A DNA stretch of 64,000 bases, taken from positions 1,920,001-1,984,000 of the forward strand of contig CAWCYI010000004.1 in assembly GCA_963799845.1 (NCBI GenBank), read 5' to 3'. This stretch comes from an uncultured Nitrososphaerota archaeon (GTDB lineage: Archaea > Thermoproteota > Nitrososphaeria > Nitrososphaerales > CADDZS01). The position numbers were made by a program, and so were the translations under genes. Numbering within the stretch: position 1 is the first letter of the stretch; the number at the start of each line of letters is the position of its first letter. Under the pieces are notes generated by a model. That model was not told where the DNA came from. It saw only the letters and a program-made list of their open reading frames with translations, and did not search any database. Below, one piece after another: positions 1 through 11,003 of the stretch.

Positions 1-436
1 TCTACTGCCTTTGTGGATCATTTCTCTGTGCTCTGCATCTGTCAGATCATAGTTGTTTAATTTCTGTCAGATCAACGTACAATAAGGAAATTCTTGATGG
101 ACTTGCCTAGCGATCGTTTCTCTTATTACAACTAGCCCCTTTGTTTCGACCGCCAAATCCCTCATCCCTCGAGACTATAAGTGAGCGGAAATCTTGGTCA
201 CAGTACCCATGGCGTGTAAGCCTCAGGATGCTCGATTGCTTCGCCATCAAGGAATTCAGCGATGATGGCGATTCCAATAACGACAGGTATAGTGTACCTA
301 TTTCCTTTCATAAAGCTGAGAGAAGTCAATGATTGCTCACCATTTCTCGATTTAGACGGTATTCTTCTGTAATGCACGAGCAATGGATATAGCGCACATC
401 AGTGGTTTCACCAACCTTGTGGTTTGAGATGATAGC

Positions 437-748
437 TTGCAAGCTGGTTACGAACTGGGTGAAGAACAGATGAAGAAAAAGAGCCACCAGACTGTCACAG
501 AGAAGAAAATCCTGAAAATCTTGACTAGCCATGCCGGACTGTCTAAGAACAAAATAATGTCACTTGCAAAGATGCCACGAAAGAGATGTGCTGAATCTCT
601 GGATGACCTGCCCAAGGATCAATATCTCATATTGCAAAACGAAAGATACGAGATAACTGAACTGGGAATTCGCTACTTGGGGGAAATGACAAAGAGAGAC
701 AAACGAGGGAGACAATCGAGAAGCCAACTTATCGGACGAAATCATTAG
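437..748 (+). CDS. small winged-helix-like DNA-binding protein
   Basis: KILKIL..GLSKNKIMSLA..SLDDL..YEITELGIRYL pattern typical of archaeal wHTH; true start may be the ATG near 470. Confidence 0.55.
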   Translation: MQAGYELGEEQMKKKSHQTVTEKKILKILTSHAGLSKNKIMSLAKMPRKRCAESLDDLPKDQYLILQNERYEITELGIRYLGEMTKRDKRGRQSRSQLIGRNH

Positions 749-806
749 ACTAAAAACTCTAAATCTTTTTTATCCTTTCGACCCTTTTTTCTACCGTTGA
801 AGATAT

Positions 807-1016
807 TTGGAAATTGAGGTTTATTGTGGTAATCTCGATTGTAAAGCAGAAGAAAGAGGCATACAGATGAAAGTGCTTGACGAGATGTCAAGATCGCCCG
901 AAGAGCAACTAGCCAAAAGGAAAGGCACGCTTATCGAGTATCTAAAATGCCCAATTTGCAACAAGACCAGCATTTGGATGTACGTTTCTACGAAAAGCAA
1001 GGAAGTTAGTGCCTAG
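807..1016 (+). CDS. small Zn-ribbon protein
   Basis: CGNLDC ... CPIC cysteine pairs, 69 aa. Confidence 0.5.
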   Translation: MEIEVYCGNLDCKAEERGIQMKVLDEMSRSPEEQLAKRKGTLIEYLKCPICNKTSIWMYVSTKSKEVSA

Positions 1017-1536
1017 AGAAATCTGACATCCTATCAACTCGGACATTTCTTGGATTTAGTTCAAGCCGCTTCAATTCTAGAAGAGAGTGTGACACTCGAG
1101 CTGAACTTCACCCAGAATGCCAAAACAGGTTATTCGTGGAACATGGTCAGACAAGACGCCGGAAGATTGGGAACAAGACACAATGATGCTAAAGTGAGAT
1201 CAATTTTGATGTTCCTAGTTTACTTTGCTTCTTTCAACGTAATCTCAACCTAATCCTTCTCTTGAAGGTACATTGACTCAACAGTTGACTTTAGAATATT
1301 CACATAGAACCCCCGAGTTACCATTTTTCCTTTGTACTTCCGAGATTCGACTTTGATTTGAATCAGTAGACTCTCAGGACTACCTTTCTTAGAGGCTCTT
1401 GCTTTGTGTTGCCATCGACTTGGGTATAGCTTGTCGTCACTGCAAGTGATGCAAATTCCCAAAGGATGCGCCAAAAATTGAGAAGTATGAAACCATATAA
1501 GGAACCTACTGAATTCGCAATCACAAAGCTGTAGCA

Positions 1537-2043
1537 ATGGCCAAAAGTAAAGTTGCGATGCCAGCAATTAAGAAGGTAAAGAAGCCTGAGCTTGCCGTTA
1601 GAGAACCTCAACCCAGTTGGATTGAAGAGTTCAACAAATTGTCAGAACCGTTTCGCCTAATCCCCTGGGATCCCTTCAGAGGATTCGAGTGGCCTGTTGA
1701 ATATGAACTGCCGACGCGAGTACCCTACGTTGATGTAATCGACTCTGGCAACGAGTATGTTGTGAAAGTCGAGCTTCCCGGGATAAAAAAGGAAAATGTA
1801 GAGATTGAATTCGGGGCAAACGAATTGGTACTGAGTGCTAAATCTGATGTGGAAACGGAAGAGAAGGGAAAAAACTACTTGCATAGGGAAAGGGCATTCT
1901 CCACATTTCACAGACACATAGGCTTTGGCGAAAGTATAGATACAGAAAAAGTCTCGGCAAGCATGTCTGAAGGTATTCTCGAAATAAAACTTCCCAAGCT
2001 CGGACCCAGGCCTGAAAAGAAAACCAAAAGAATAACGTTATGA
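1537..2043 (+). CDS. hsp20: small heat-shock protein (Hsp20/alpha-crystallin)
   Basis: PYVDVID..ELPGIKKENV..RER..F.RHI..A.M..GILEIKLPK alpha-crystallin motifs; TATA-like ATATAA about 40 bp upstream. Confidence 0.95.
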   Translation: MAKSKVAMPAIKKVKKPELAVREPQPSWIEEFNKLSEPFRLIPWDPFRGFEWPVEYELPTRVPYVDVIDSGNEYVVKVELPGIKKENVEIEFGANELVLSAKSDVETEEKGKNYLHRERAFSTFHRHIGFGESIDTEKVSASMSEGILEIKLPKLGPRPEKKTKRITL

Positions 2044-2425
2044 TGACATCACAGCGACGTTCGGCTCTGCGAAGCGCACTCCTAATCATTTTGCGAGGAT
2101 TCCCTCCATTATTTCGTTGTCAGTGAAGCAAGACTGTCCCCGAATACGTTAAGACGACCCACAAAGAATCCTCGCCAAATCAGGCGGAGAAGGAAAACCG
2201 CATCCGGAGGCCGAGATGAGAGCTTTCGTCATTGAAGATTCTGACATTGACAAATTCCTTAGCAGGTGGGACACGCTGGGCCTCGATTAGTGCCTGATAA
2301 ATGAGTGCCAATCGGTCACTTTTCTATTTGGAGAATAAGAACGAACAAAAAAGTCTGATTGAAGGAAATTCGGTGCAAGGTTCCAAATGAATTAAGACTC
2401 CGCTCTATTCATACATCTGCATCAA

Positions 2426-2617
2426 ATGCCAGTCATAGCCGTTGACACGATCTCAGTTGTGGTCTCCGATAGGACGAAATTGCTCAAATGGTATTCAGAG
2501 ATCCTGGAACTTGAGATCGTCTACATCGGACCATCGGCGCCGATTGCTGACTCGAATATTCAAGGTACAATTGAGATTCCAGGTCATTGGATCGATCTGG
2601 TCCCACACGACCGATGA
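2426..2617 (+). pseudogene. truncated VOC/glyoxalase-family gene
   Basis: VDTISVVVSD..KWYSEILEL N-terminal VOC motif; stops after 63 aa. Confidence 0.55.
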
Positions 2618-2907
2618 CCCGCTTTCCTTGTCGCCGCCGCAATAAGCCTGGCCACGAAGTAGATATTTGGGGTACTCTTAGCAATGCAGGCTGAGATCAG
2701 ATGATTCCCTTCTCGTCGTAAGAGCACCAAATGATCGGTTCATATCCATCTGGAGGTACTCGTAACACGTTTCTCAATTTTTAGTTTATGAAGTGTTGCG
2801 AAGAAATGTGCTAACAAAAGCTCCTATTCTTCAGAAAAATTAAAAAATTGTCCAACTGACCTCCAAATCTCTAAACTGATTTATAGCACGCATGCGCTAA
2901 CATATTC

Positions 2908-3123
2908 ATGGCTACTTGTCAGTCGAGAGAGGGCTGTACTAATAGAGCCACTCATTGGATTTTGATAGAGTACAGCTGGCCAGCACTGCCCCAAGAAATG
3001 CGAACTTATCTGCTATGTGTAGATCACATGCAACATGCTCAGAAATCTGTATCAAACCAAATATCAAAGTATCCCGAGACTGGAATCCGAATAGTTGAGC
3101 ATGGAACATTACAGACAAATTAG
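2908..3123 (+). CDS. hypothetical small Cys/His protein
   Basis: CQSREGC..ATH..LCVDH; TTTATA about 25 bp upstream. Confidence 0.45.
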   Translation: MATCQSREGCTNRATHWILIEYSWPALPQEMRTYLLCVDHMQHAQKSVSNQISKYPETGIRIVEHGTLQTN

Positions 3124-3159
3124 ATCACGTGCATTATTTGTTCTTGATGAACTAGCGCG

Positions 3160-3396
3160 ATGAGGAAATTTCGAGTAAAGGCAAAGTTGACGAAACCGGC
3201 CGGTCAGCGTGTTCGTCAGAGATCCTCCGATTCAATTCAAAGGAGTCTTGAGAGAGAATTTGAGGTACTTGCGGATGATGCTGATGATGCCAAGGTCAGG
3301 GCGAAACAGCTACTTTCGAACGAAGGCTATGATGAGAAATTGTTACACCGTGCAACTTGGACTGTTTCTAGACTTGATCGGCCGCGCAAGCATTGA
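3160..3396 (+). CDS. hypothetical protein
   Basis: 78-aa ORF filling the gap and converging on the thermosome gene. Confidence 0.45.
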   Translation: MRKFRVKAKLTKPAGQRVRQRSSDSIQRSLEREFEVLADDADDAKVRAKQLLSNEGYDEKLLHRATWTVSRLDRPRKH

Positions 3397-3399
3397 CGC

Positions 3400-5055
3400 C
3401 TAGTCGCCCATGCCGCCATAGCCGCCCGCTCCTGGTGGAGGGCCTGCTGGAGCCCTCATCTTGCCTGAGGCGAGCACATCATCTATACGTAGTATCATGC
3501 AGGAAGCTTCTGTTGCTGCCCTAATTATCTCCTCTTTGACTGCGAGGGGTTCAATAACTTCATCCATCATGTCTCCAACTTTTCCCGTGCGCGCATTGAC
3601 CCCGAACCAAGTTTTTCCTTGAGTGTGCTTTGCTCTTAACTCGACTTTCACATCAATAGTCTCCATCCCTGCGTTCTCAGCGAGTGTGAGAGGGATCCTT
3701 TCAAGAGCATCAGCATACCTGAGCGCTGCTAGCTGTTCTCTGCCTGGAAGCTTTGAAGCGTAATCCCTCAACCTGGATGCAACTTCTGCTTCAGGAGCTC
3801 CTCCACCGGCAACAATCGCAGGTTCCTGCAAAACATCCTTTACAACCATGATTGCGTCGTGGAGACTCCTTTCTGCCTCATCCACCACTCTTTGCGAACC
3901 TCCGCGGACTAGAATAGTCAATGCTTTGGGATTCTTGCAACCTTCGATGAAGACCCACTTGTCCTGCTCAATCTTTCTTTCCTCGACGAGCTTTGCAAAC
4001 CCCAGGTCCTTCACAGATAGATCATCAAGGTTGGTTACAGTTCTCGCGCCAGTAGCTTTTGAAAGCCGAGTCATGTCGCTTTCTTTTGCTCTTCTAACAG
4101 TCAGTATTCCCTTTTTCGCCAACAAACTCTGAGCAATGTCGTCTATCCCTTTCTGGCAGATGAGAACGTTCGCGCCCGAGGATTCTATTTTTTCAACCAT
4201 TGATTGGAGCATCGAATTTTCTTCATCGAGAAAACCCTTCATCTGTCCAGGGGTGTTGATTCTGATCTCAGCCGAGAATTCCGTCTTTTCAATTTCTAAG
4301 GGTGAAAGAATCAAAGCAATCTTCGCATTCTCAATCCTTCTTGGCATGCCCGAGTGGACTATTTCCTTGTCCAATACTACGCCGTTGATGAGCATGGTAT
4401 CGCTGGTAGAGCCTCCTGCCTTCTTTTCCACCTTGATGTTATCAAGGTCCACCTTGTAGGTACCGTCTTCGTTTTTTTCAGCAACTTGCAGCATTCCTTT
4501 GACCACGATAGAGGAAAGCTCTTCTCCGACATCAGAAACCAGTTTTGTTTGCATGCTGGTCGCAGCGATTCTCTCAAGAGTTTTCCTATCGTCTGGTTCC
4601 ACCTTCACTGCGATTTCTTTCAGTATTGCAAGAGCTTTTTCCTCAGCCTTCATGTATCCGTCAACTATGATCGTTGGATGAACGTCTTTGTTGATCAGCT
4701 CTTCCGCATTTTCCAGAAGCGCACCCGCGAGCACTACTGCGGATGTAGTCCCGTCGCCGACTTCCTGATCGGTAGTCTTTGAAATTTCAACGAGCATTTT
4801 CGCGGCAGGATGTTGCACGTCGATTTCTTTGAGGATTGTTGCGCCGTCATTCGTAATTGTGACATCGCCCATGCCGTCCACCAGCATCTTGTCCATGCCT
4901 CTAGGACCTAGGGTGCTCTTGACGATCTCCGCAATAAGCTTCGCCGCAAAGATGTTGTTGCTTTGAGCGTCTCGACCCTTTGTTTGTGTAGAGCCTTCTT
5001 TTAGAATTAAGACCTGTTGACCCGATGATGTAGTTGCAGGAGTAAGAGTGGACAT
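3400..5055 (-). CDS. ths: thermosome subunit (group II chaperonin)
   Basis: [28 protein letters not shown] motifs; Gly/Met-rich tail. Confidence 0.98.
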   Translation of the reverse strand: MSTLTPATTSSGQQVLILKEGSTQTKGRDAQSNNIFAAKLIAEIVKSTLGPRGMDKMLVDGMGDVTITNDGATILKEIDVQHPAAKMLVEISKTTDQEVGDGTTSAVVLAGALLENAEELINKDVHPTIIVDGYMKAEEKALAILKEIAVKVEPDDRKTLERIAATSMQTKLVSDVGEELSSIVVKGMLQVAEKNEDGTYKVDLDNIKVEKKAGGSTSDTMLINGVVLDKEIVHSGMPRRIENAKIALILSPLEIEKTEFSAEIRINTPGQMKGFLDEENSMLQSMVEKIESSGANVLICQKGIDDIAQSLLAKKGILTVRRAKESDMTRLSKATGARTVTNLDDLSVKDLGFAKLVEERKIEQDKWVFIEGCKNPKALTILVRGGSQRVVDEAERSLHDAIMVVKDVLQEPAIVAGGGAPEAEVASRLRDYASKLPGREQLAALRYADALERIPLTLAENAGMETIDVKVELRAKHTQGKTWFGVNARTGKVGDMMDEVIEPLAVKEEIIRAATEASCMILRIDDVLASGKMRAPAGPPPGAGGYGGMGD

Positions 5056-5477
5056 TTTTCTATCATGGAGTAGCAGTGCTCCTGACTTAAAAAGCGACCT
5101 ACGGGAAAGGTCGACAAAAAGGCTGCAATATTAGGCAGAACCAGAGTTTGTGGTAAACACTTTCCTGAAAGTAATTTCCACTTTGATCCTTTTCCTGAAG
5201 CCTCAACTCGACGCAAACGTATTTTAGAAGAAAGCTGCTAGAAGCAAAGAGGATGCCCCACTCGACAAAGCTGACCGTTCTTCACGCCAAGGAGAGCCTC
5301 CCGGATGGATGCTCTTGTCCCGACTGCAAGTTTCACATTTATGTTTCACAGTGTCAAGACGACAAATGCAAGTGCTGTTCGCAGTGAGAAACTCACGCAG
5401 GTCGACCTGAATCCTCTCTTCCCTGGTGCGAGAAGCCCAAGAAAAGTAAGCATTCGGTTTACGGGTTTTGGGCACGA

Positions 5478-6299
5478 TTATTTCTTCTTGCTTATTAGAA
5501 CGATGTGATATGATTCGGAGGTTAGCGGCGCGAGAGAACTAACACTTCCGAAGCTCCTGAGATACTCCCATCCTGACTTTCCAAGAAGCTCCCTTAATTC
5601 CTCGAAAGAGTAAGCTCTAAGCTGCCACTTGAGCGAAAATATGATGCTGTTACTGTCATGCATTCTTCTTGTCTCGTAGAATTTCCATTCGCTTTCCACA
5701 AAGGAGGTTTTCTGATTCAGCTGTCTCTCAGCCTCCATCTGAATCGTTTGAGAAATCTGCGAAAAACCGTAAGGACTGCAGTATCTAACGAGCCATTCTC
5801 TGTTAATAACGTCAAGAATTAGTATGCAATTGGAGGAAGCTAGGTCATGGAGGTCTTCGAGTACCTGGAGATCCTCTTTCTCTCCGTAGTAGCCGAAAGA
5901 ATTACCTATGCTCAGAATCGCATTGAAACCCGTCTCCCCTTTTTCGGAAAGGACACCAAAAACCTGTCTTACATCGCCTTGATAGAGTCTGACTCTTTTC
6001 TCACCTAGTTCACTTTGCTTTGCTAGGTGTTCTGCTTTGCGCAAACAATGTTCTGATAGATCAAACCCTACGACCTCGTAGCCCTCGTTGGCTAGCGCTA
6101 TTGCGTGGACCCCTATTCCACAGCAGAGGTCGAGAACCTTGGTTGCCAATGCTGGGATTTGCTGAAAATGTTTGCCAATTATCTTGCACAGCTGGGATGC
6201 TTCTTTCGAAGCGATCTGTTGGTGCGCTTCCATCCCAGGAAGGAAAAACTCTGGATGATCAACGAAAAGAGTACGCGTCCAATGCTCTTCTTTGGACAT
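5478..6299 (-). CDS. class I SAM-dependent methyltransferase
   Basis: VLDLCCGIG motif I, GFDLS, QGDVR, NSFGY. Confidence 0.9.
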   Translation of the reverse strand: MSKEEHWTRTLFVDHPEFFLPGMEAHQQIASKEASQLCKIIGKHFQQIPALATKVLDLCCGIGVHAIALANEGYEVVGFDLSEHCLRKAEHLAKQSELGEKRVRLYQGDVRQVFGVLSEKGETGFNAILSIGNSFGYYGEKEDLQVLEDLHDLASSNCILILDVINREWLVRYCSPYGFSQISQTIQMEAERQLNQKTSFVESEWKFYETRRMHDSNSIIFSLKWQLRAYSFEELRELLGKSGWEYLRSFGSVSSLAPLTSESYHIVLISKKK

Positions 6300-6776
6300 A
6301 GCTAACTTCCTCTTATCAGCTATGTTTCTGGGTTCTGGTAACTTACTTGCGCACAGAACAGCCCGTTAACCAGAGGGACACGGCTAGTTCAAGATGGAGT
6401 GTTTCCAGTTCTGATTTTATTCAGCGTAACGAGCTTTGCGCATTCATCGCAAACTCTTTCGAATTTTCCATTATATCGAACGGATTCCATATCTTTGACT
6501 CTAGTTGTCCGGTCGCATTTATGACATGTAGTAATACGATTCAACGAGCTTTCACCCAACTAAGTTTCCTTTAAGATTTCTTCGGCTGTTTTTAGCCCAA
6601 ATTAAGCCAAGATCAAGCTTCGCTCTCGCCACTTCCTCATAAGCTCCTTCCTGAAACTGAAAGCGACAATACCAACTATAACGTTAACTTCTAGTCCGCC
6701 ATCGTCTTTGGGATTAACATGTCGAGATTTAAGAAAAAAGTCGGACGGGCTGAAATTATTTCAGCCCAGATTGCGT

Positions 6777-7199
6777 TCACTGAGAGTAGACTTTGATCTC
6801 GAAATCGCCAGTCTTCATATTGGCGTTGACTTCGAGACGACTCTTGGTCCCATTCAGCCAGGATAACTTCGGAGATTTAGTCATGTAGACATCTTCCCCT
6901 TCAGCCCATAAGCTTGTTGGACCTGTAATCTTCCCGTTTCCTCTACCATTGATGGCGACAAAGTCTCCCTCAACAGTGGTCTGTACAGCTTTAGAGTCCC
7001 ATTCGAGAGTTCCATCAACTTTTTGGAACATATTCACAGTTTCCAAGTGGGTCGCAGTGTACTTGCCCCCCACGAACTGAGCCTCGTTAATTAGCTCAAA
7101 TCTTACGCCCAAGGGCGTAATGTCCTTGATTGATCTTGATACTATATGACCGCGGATTTCTCCCATTAGTTCGCCTGTTTTTTGTGTTTGAGTTTGCAT
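6777..7199 (-). CDS. hypothetical beta-rich protein
   Basis: clean ORF; ATG at 7199 fits the spacing from the TATA at 7231-7236 better than the TTG at 7226. Confidence 0.7.
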   Translation of the reverse strand: MQTQTQKTGELMGEIRGHIVSRSIKDITPLGVRFELINEAQFVGGKYTATHLETVNMFQKVDGTLEWDSKAVQTTVEGDFVAINGRGNGKITGPTSLWAEGEDVYMTKSPKLSWLNGTKSRLEVNANMKTGDFEIKVYSQ

Positions 7200-7230
7200 T
7201 TTTTTCTCAGCTGCTACAGTGGGCAAGTTA

Positions 7231-7250
7231 CTTATACGCCTATGTCGAGT
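7231..7250 (-). promoter_or_regulatory. promoter with ACTCGACATAGGCG-TATA motif
   Basis: 18 bp (7233-7250) identical to 14589-14606; ends in a TATA box. Confidence 0.75.
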
Positions 7251-7298
7251 TAGAACGTTGCAGTTATCTAAATGCGATATTACCTGCCCTAAAGTGAG

Positions 7299-7317
7299 CT
7301 CGACATAGACCTATATA
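7299..7317 (+). promoter_or_regulatory. divergent promoter CTCGACATAGACC-TATATA
   Basis: same motif on the opposite strand. Confidence 0.65.
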
Positions 7318-7339
7318 GTACGACACACCCATTACATAC

Positions 7340-7504
7340 TTGCGAAACACATTGCAAACAAGAACATCATTGCCAACACCTGTATTAACACCAACCACAC
7401 CAAAAACAACAATAAAGCAGCGTGTGTCGCAGATATGCTCAAGAGCGCTACAGGACCTTTCACAATCTTTGTCCTATCTATGGCGCGTGATAGGAATCTC
7501 CTAG
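7340..7504 (+). CDS. putative 54-aa Thr/Pro-rich microprotein
   Basis: TTG start about 23 bp after the TATA; open to TAG at 7502-7504. Confidence 0.4.
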   Translation: MRNTLQTRTSLPTPVLTPTTPKTTIKQRVSQICSRALQDLSQSLSYLWRVIGIS

Positions 7505-7701
7505 CTGGAATGCTTGGAGATATCTGCCAAAGCTAGGCAGTATACCAAGCGACTCTAGCTGACGTGGTGATTTGCATAGAGTAATGCATTACTCTGAGTC
7601 TGGTATTGTTTTTCGTTTATGTCAAAGGTACAATTTCTTCTATGTATGGATCTTTTCTAGTCTGTTCCGATGCCTGATTTTCTTATCCAATTCCAGAGTT
7701 C

Positions 7702-8647
7702 TCAGATTTTCATCGCATCCTTGAGTCCCTTGTACCTGTTTCTTATCGTAACCTCAGTAACACCCGCAGCCTCGGCGAGCTCCTTCTGAGTTATGTTATC
7801 ATTCTCCATAACGGAAGCAACGTAGAGCGCAGAAGCCGCTAGTCCCATCGGTCCCTTCCCAGCCGAACCATTTGTCTCTATCGTACGCCTGAGTATCTCC
7901 ACCGCCCTGCGCTTCGTCTTCTCCTGGACGCCGGCTTTGCTCGCTATCCTCGCGAGAAGCTTTACCGGATCAACAACAGGCACTCTGAGGTCAAGTTCAT
8001 TGTAGAGCAACCGGTAGCATCGAGCCAAATCCTTTTTCTTGATGTTACTGATTAGTGATAGATCTTTCAGATTACGAGGTGTTTCCGTATCTCTGCAAGC
8101 AGCGTAAAGCGAGGCTGCAATCATCCCGGAGATCGACCTCCCCCTGATCAACCCTCTTTCGAGCGCCTTCCTGTAGATGTATGCAGACTTTTTCGACTAC
8201 CAAGGCGTTGACGTTTAATTTGTCGACGAGTAGGCTGAGCTCACTGAATGCCTGACGCCTATTTCTGTCGGCAGACTCATGTACTTGCGACCTTCCGTCC
8301 CACGTGCGGAGCCTCTCAATCTGGGTCCTCATAGCAGCGGGAAGAAGCTTGCCGCTGGCGTCTTTATTCTCGAATCCTATGACCGTAGAAAGTCCCATGT
8401 CGTGAAGCGCGAGACTCGAAGGTGCGCCCGTATGAGCGCGCTGATTTGCTTCCTCGGTTGAGAATGCCCTCCACTCGCGTCCAGCATCAACAATTTGCTC
8501 CTTCAAAACATAACCGCAGTTGCTGCAGAAGAGTTCGGCTCCAGAAGAGTCAGTCACCATGGGACCCTTCGCGCACCTTGGGCAGCGGGCTCGTGTACCT
8601 TCGTGACGACTGAGATCCGTTGACGAATTTTTGATTCCGCCGCTCAT
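7702..8647 (-). pseudogene. tfb: transcription initiation factor IIB (TFB), frameshifted
   Basis: Zn ribbon CPRC..CSNCG, EWRAF, RLRTW, RGRS, AGVTEVTIRNRYK; one extra base in the T-run 8189-8193 splits it into two ORFs (may be a sequencing error). Confidence 0.92.
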
Positions 8648-8903
8648 TCGGCTATAACATCCTCTGCACTTATTATCGAAAATGGACTAGCGTCGTCTGC
8701 GTCCCCTGCGTAAAGATTGTTGAAGGGTAATCTGTTCGCAGACGGGACAAAGAAAATTCCCATGTTCGTCGATCCGGAACCTGATGCCGTGTTTAGTGCA
8801 AACCTTGGCTTGACCTATTGAATCGTTGCCGCTCACAGACGAAAACATATGTTCGCAGTATAAGGTGTTATCCCTCACAAACGATTCATGGTTTTTGGCA
8901 AAA

Positions 8904-9182
8904 ATGAAGCAGGTGGTTATCATCCAAAATATCGTCGAGTCAGCTTCTCTTGGGGGCAGGGCTCATCAGAAAGAAGCAGCGAGACAGCTCCCGAAATCTC
9001 TGTACGAGCCGGAGCAGTTTCCCGGCCTGATACACAGAATTGCGGACCCAAAAACGGTCATCCTGCTCTTCGCTCTGGGAAAGGTTGTCTGTATTGGTGC
9101 AAAGACGGAAACAGACGTGTACAGAGCAGTGAACAATCTTCACGCTACTCTTGAACAGAAGGGTCTGATGACTTATGCCTAA
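8904..9182 (+). pseudogene. tbp: single-repeat (C-terminal half) TATA-binding protein
   Basis: IQNIV.S..YEPEQFPGLIHR..PKTVILLF..GK.VC.GAK; only one of the two TBP repeats is present. Confidence 0.8.
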
Positions 9183-9400
9183 CTTGTCGGCGCCTAAAGT
9201 GAACAAATCGAAAAGGTTCAGCGGAATCCGTAAAATACGGCAGATACTTTCAATCGTATTTTTGTTCGTGATGGGAGCTGGGAATGCCACCATCGTCCAA
9301 AACCACTACCAAAATGGGCCATAGACTAATTACTAAGAGCAACGATTGAGAGCGAAATAGAGGCCATAATCTGCTGAACGGGGCAAACAGTGGATTGTGT

Positions 9401-9565
9401 ATGGCGCTTACAACAACATTAGTTAAACTCACGGAAAAAGTCATGGCAAGAATCGACAAATTCAAAGGACAGTTAGGCGAGGGAAAGTCAGACATGATCC
9501 GGACAAACGTCATCGCATCCCTGAGCAAGAAAGGGTATCTAAGGTGGGATGAATCTGAGCGTTAA
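9401..9565 (+). CDS. ribbon-helix-helix (CopG-like) protein
   Basis: hand translation: MALTTTLVKLTEKVMARIDKFKGQLGEGKSDMIRTNVIASLSKKGYL. Confidence 0.55.
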   Translation: MALTTTLVKLTEKVMARIDKFKGQLGEGKSDMIRTNVIASLSKKGYLRWDESER

Positions 9566-9728
9566 AAAAGAGCGAAAGAAACAAAACCGAGCGACTGATA
9601 AGTTGAGGGAAGAGGTTGAAATGCTCGACATCATGCTCTCATCATTGGTAGATGTTCTCGAAGAGAACCGAATCGTTGGCCATAAGGAGTGGGAGAACAG
9701 AATAAAGGAAAGGCTGAGTTCGAAGTAA
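9549..9728 (+). CDS. small helical hypothetical protein
   Basis: hand translation: MNLSVKK..DIMLSSLVDVLEENRIVGHKEWENRIKERL; overlaps the RHH gene. Confidence 0.5.
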   Translation: MNLSVKKERKKQNRATDKLREEVEMLDIMLSSLVDVLEENRIVGHKEWENRIKERLSSK

Positions 9729-9884
9729 AGGACGCACTTAGAGAGATGTTCACGCAAAAGTGATCGAGGGGATCAGGGCGGCAAAGGAGGCAAATGGATG
9801 GAAACAAAGACTGAGCGTAAGAACTAAGGAATTTGATGAAACGTAGACGGTGATCATCAAGACGCTTACTTCACTTCCCCTCCG

Positions 9885-10973
9885 CTACTGGGCTACACCC
9901 AGAGTGTTTCCGACTCCAACTATGAGTACGGTATCTCCTTCCTTTGTCTTTTCTTCTATTATCCTTTGAACGACCGCGACTGCTTTCTCTGAAGCCTCCG
10001 CGATTTCCTTGTTCATTACCGAAATAGCGTCGATAAGTGATTGCTTTACAACAACCGCGTACATCGGAATGTCCGCGTCGACAGCAGCCTTTTCAATCCT
10101 GAACTTTTCAACGCCGATTCCACCAATTGCTGCGCCGATACCTTCGGCGATTTCTCCCGTATTCTCGCCTTCGAGTTTTAGAGCAGCGTCTATCATTATC
10201 AGGGAGTCGACCTTGTTTTTAGTATCGCTCATTAGTTTCTCTACACCTATGTGAGGTCTACCGACAATGCCCATGGGTCCTTCAGCTTTCATAACGAGCA
10301 AATTGCGCCCCTTGTACTCGGTCTTTGAATATACAGTTTCGCGCTCGATTCCGATTTTCTCCATGCCATACATGAACTTACCCGCAACTATAGCTCCAAC
10401 TCCGTCGCCGATTGGCTGGGCTTGCTTGAACGCGTCAATTGCCCCAAACAGAGCATCGGCTTCCTGAAGCAAGATTGGCATTATCATCTGAAGTTGGACG
10501 AGGATGAAGTAGCTCTTTGTTTTCTGACCCTGAATGTAAAAGTGGCGCACGATCTTGAAGATCTGGTTCAGGCTTGTTGCGACTTCTAGAATGTTCTGAG
10601 CCACGCTGACTTGGATTCGATCTGCCTGCGGAGCCATGCGTCTGATTTCGTCACGAATCCTGTCATCCTGCAAAGTGACGACATGCCCAACCTTTCCAAC
10701 GAGCCCGTTCGGGTCCATACTAACTGGCATTATCGTGAAATATTCGAGAGTTTGTTCTATTCTTGGCTGTACTTCTCTTGGGACCTTGCAGTCGACTATC
10801 AGATAATCCAGCGCTTCCTTCTTGCTCTTTTCCCTTAGCGCACGTATCTTTTCCACGCCTGTCTTGACTTCCCGAAGAGCCGCGAAAGCCTGCATCCTTG
10901 GCCCCCAGAATAAGAAAAGGAACGTGGAACCCACGAATAGAAAGACGTAGACCAGTGTGGTGAGAAGGCTCAC
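9885..10973 (-). CDS. DUF1512-family membrane-anchored protein
   Basis: PVSMDPNG, QPIGDGVG, MIDAALKLEGE, GVGNTLGVAQ C-terminus. Confidence 0.85.
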   Translation of the reverse strand: MSLLTTLVYVFLFVGSTFLFLFWGPRMQAFAALREVKTGVEKIRALREKSKKEALDYLIVDCKVPREVQPRIEQTLEYFTIMPVSMDPNGLVGKVGHVVTLQDDRIRDEIRRMAPQADRIQVSVAQNILEVATSLNQIFKIVRHFYIQGQKTKSYFILVQLQMIMPILLQEADALFGAIDAFKQAQPIGDGVGAIVAGKFMYGMEKIGIERETVYSKTEYKGRNLLVMKAEGPMGIVGRPHIGVEKLMSDTKNKVDSLIMIDAALKLEGENTGEIAEGIGAAIGGIGVEKFRIEKAAVDADIPMYAVVVKQSLIDAISVMNKEIAEASEKAVAVVQRIIEEKTKEGDTVLIVGVGNTLGVAQ

Positions 10974-11003
10974 GTTGCCGCCGAGAAGACTGGACGCGCT
11001 ACG

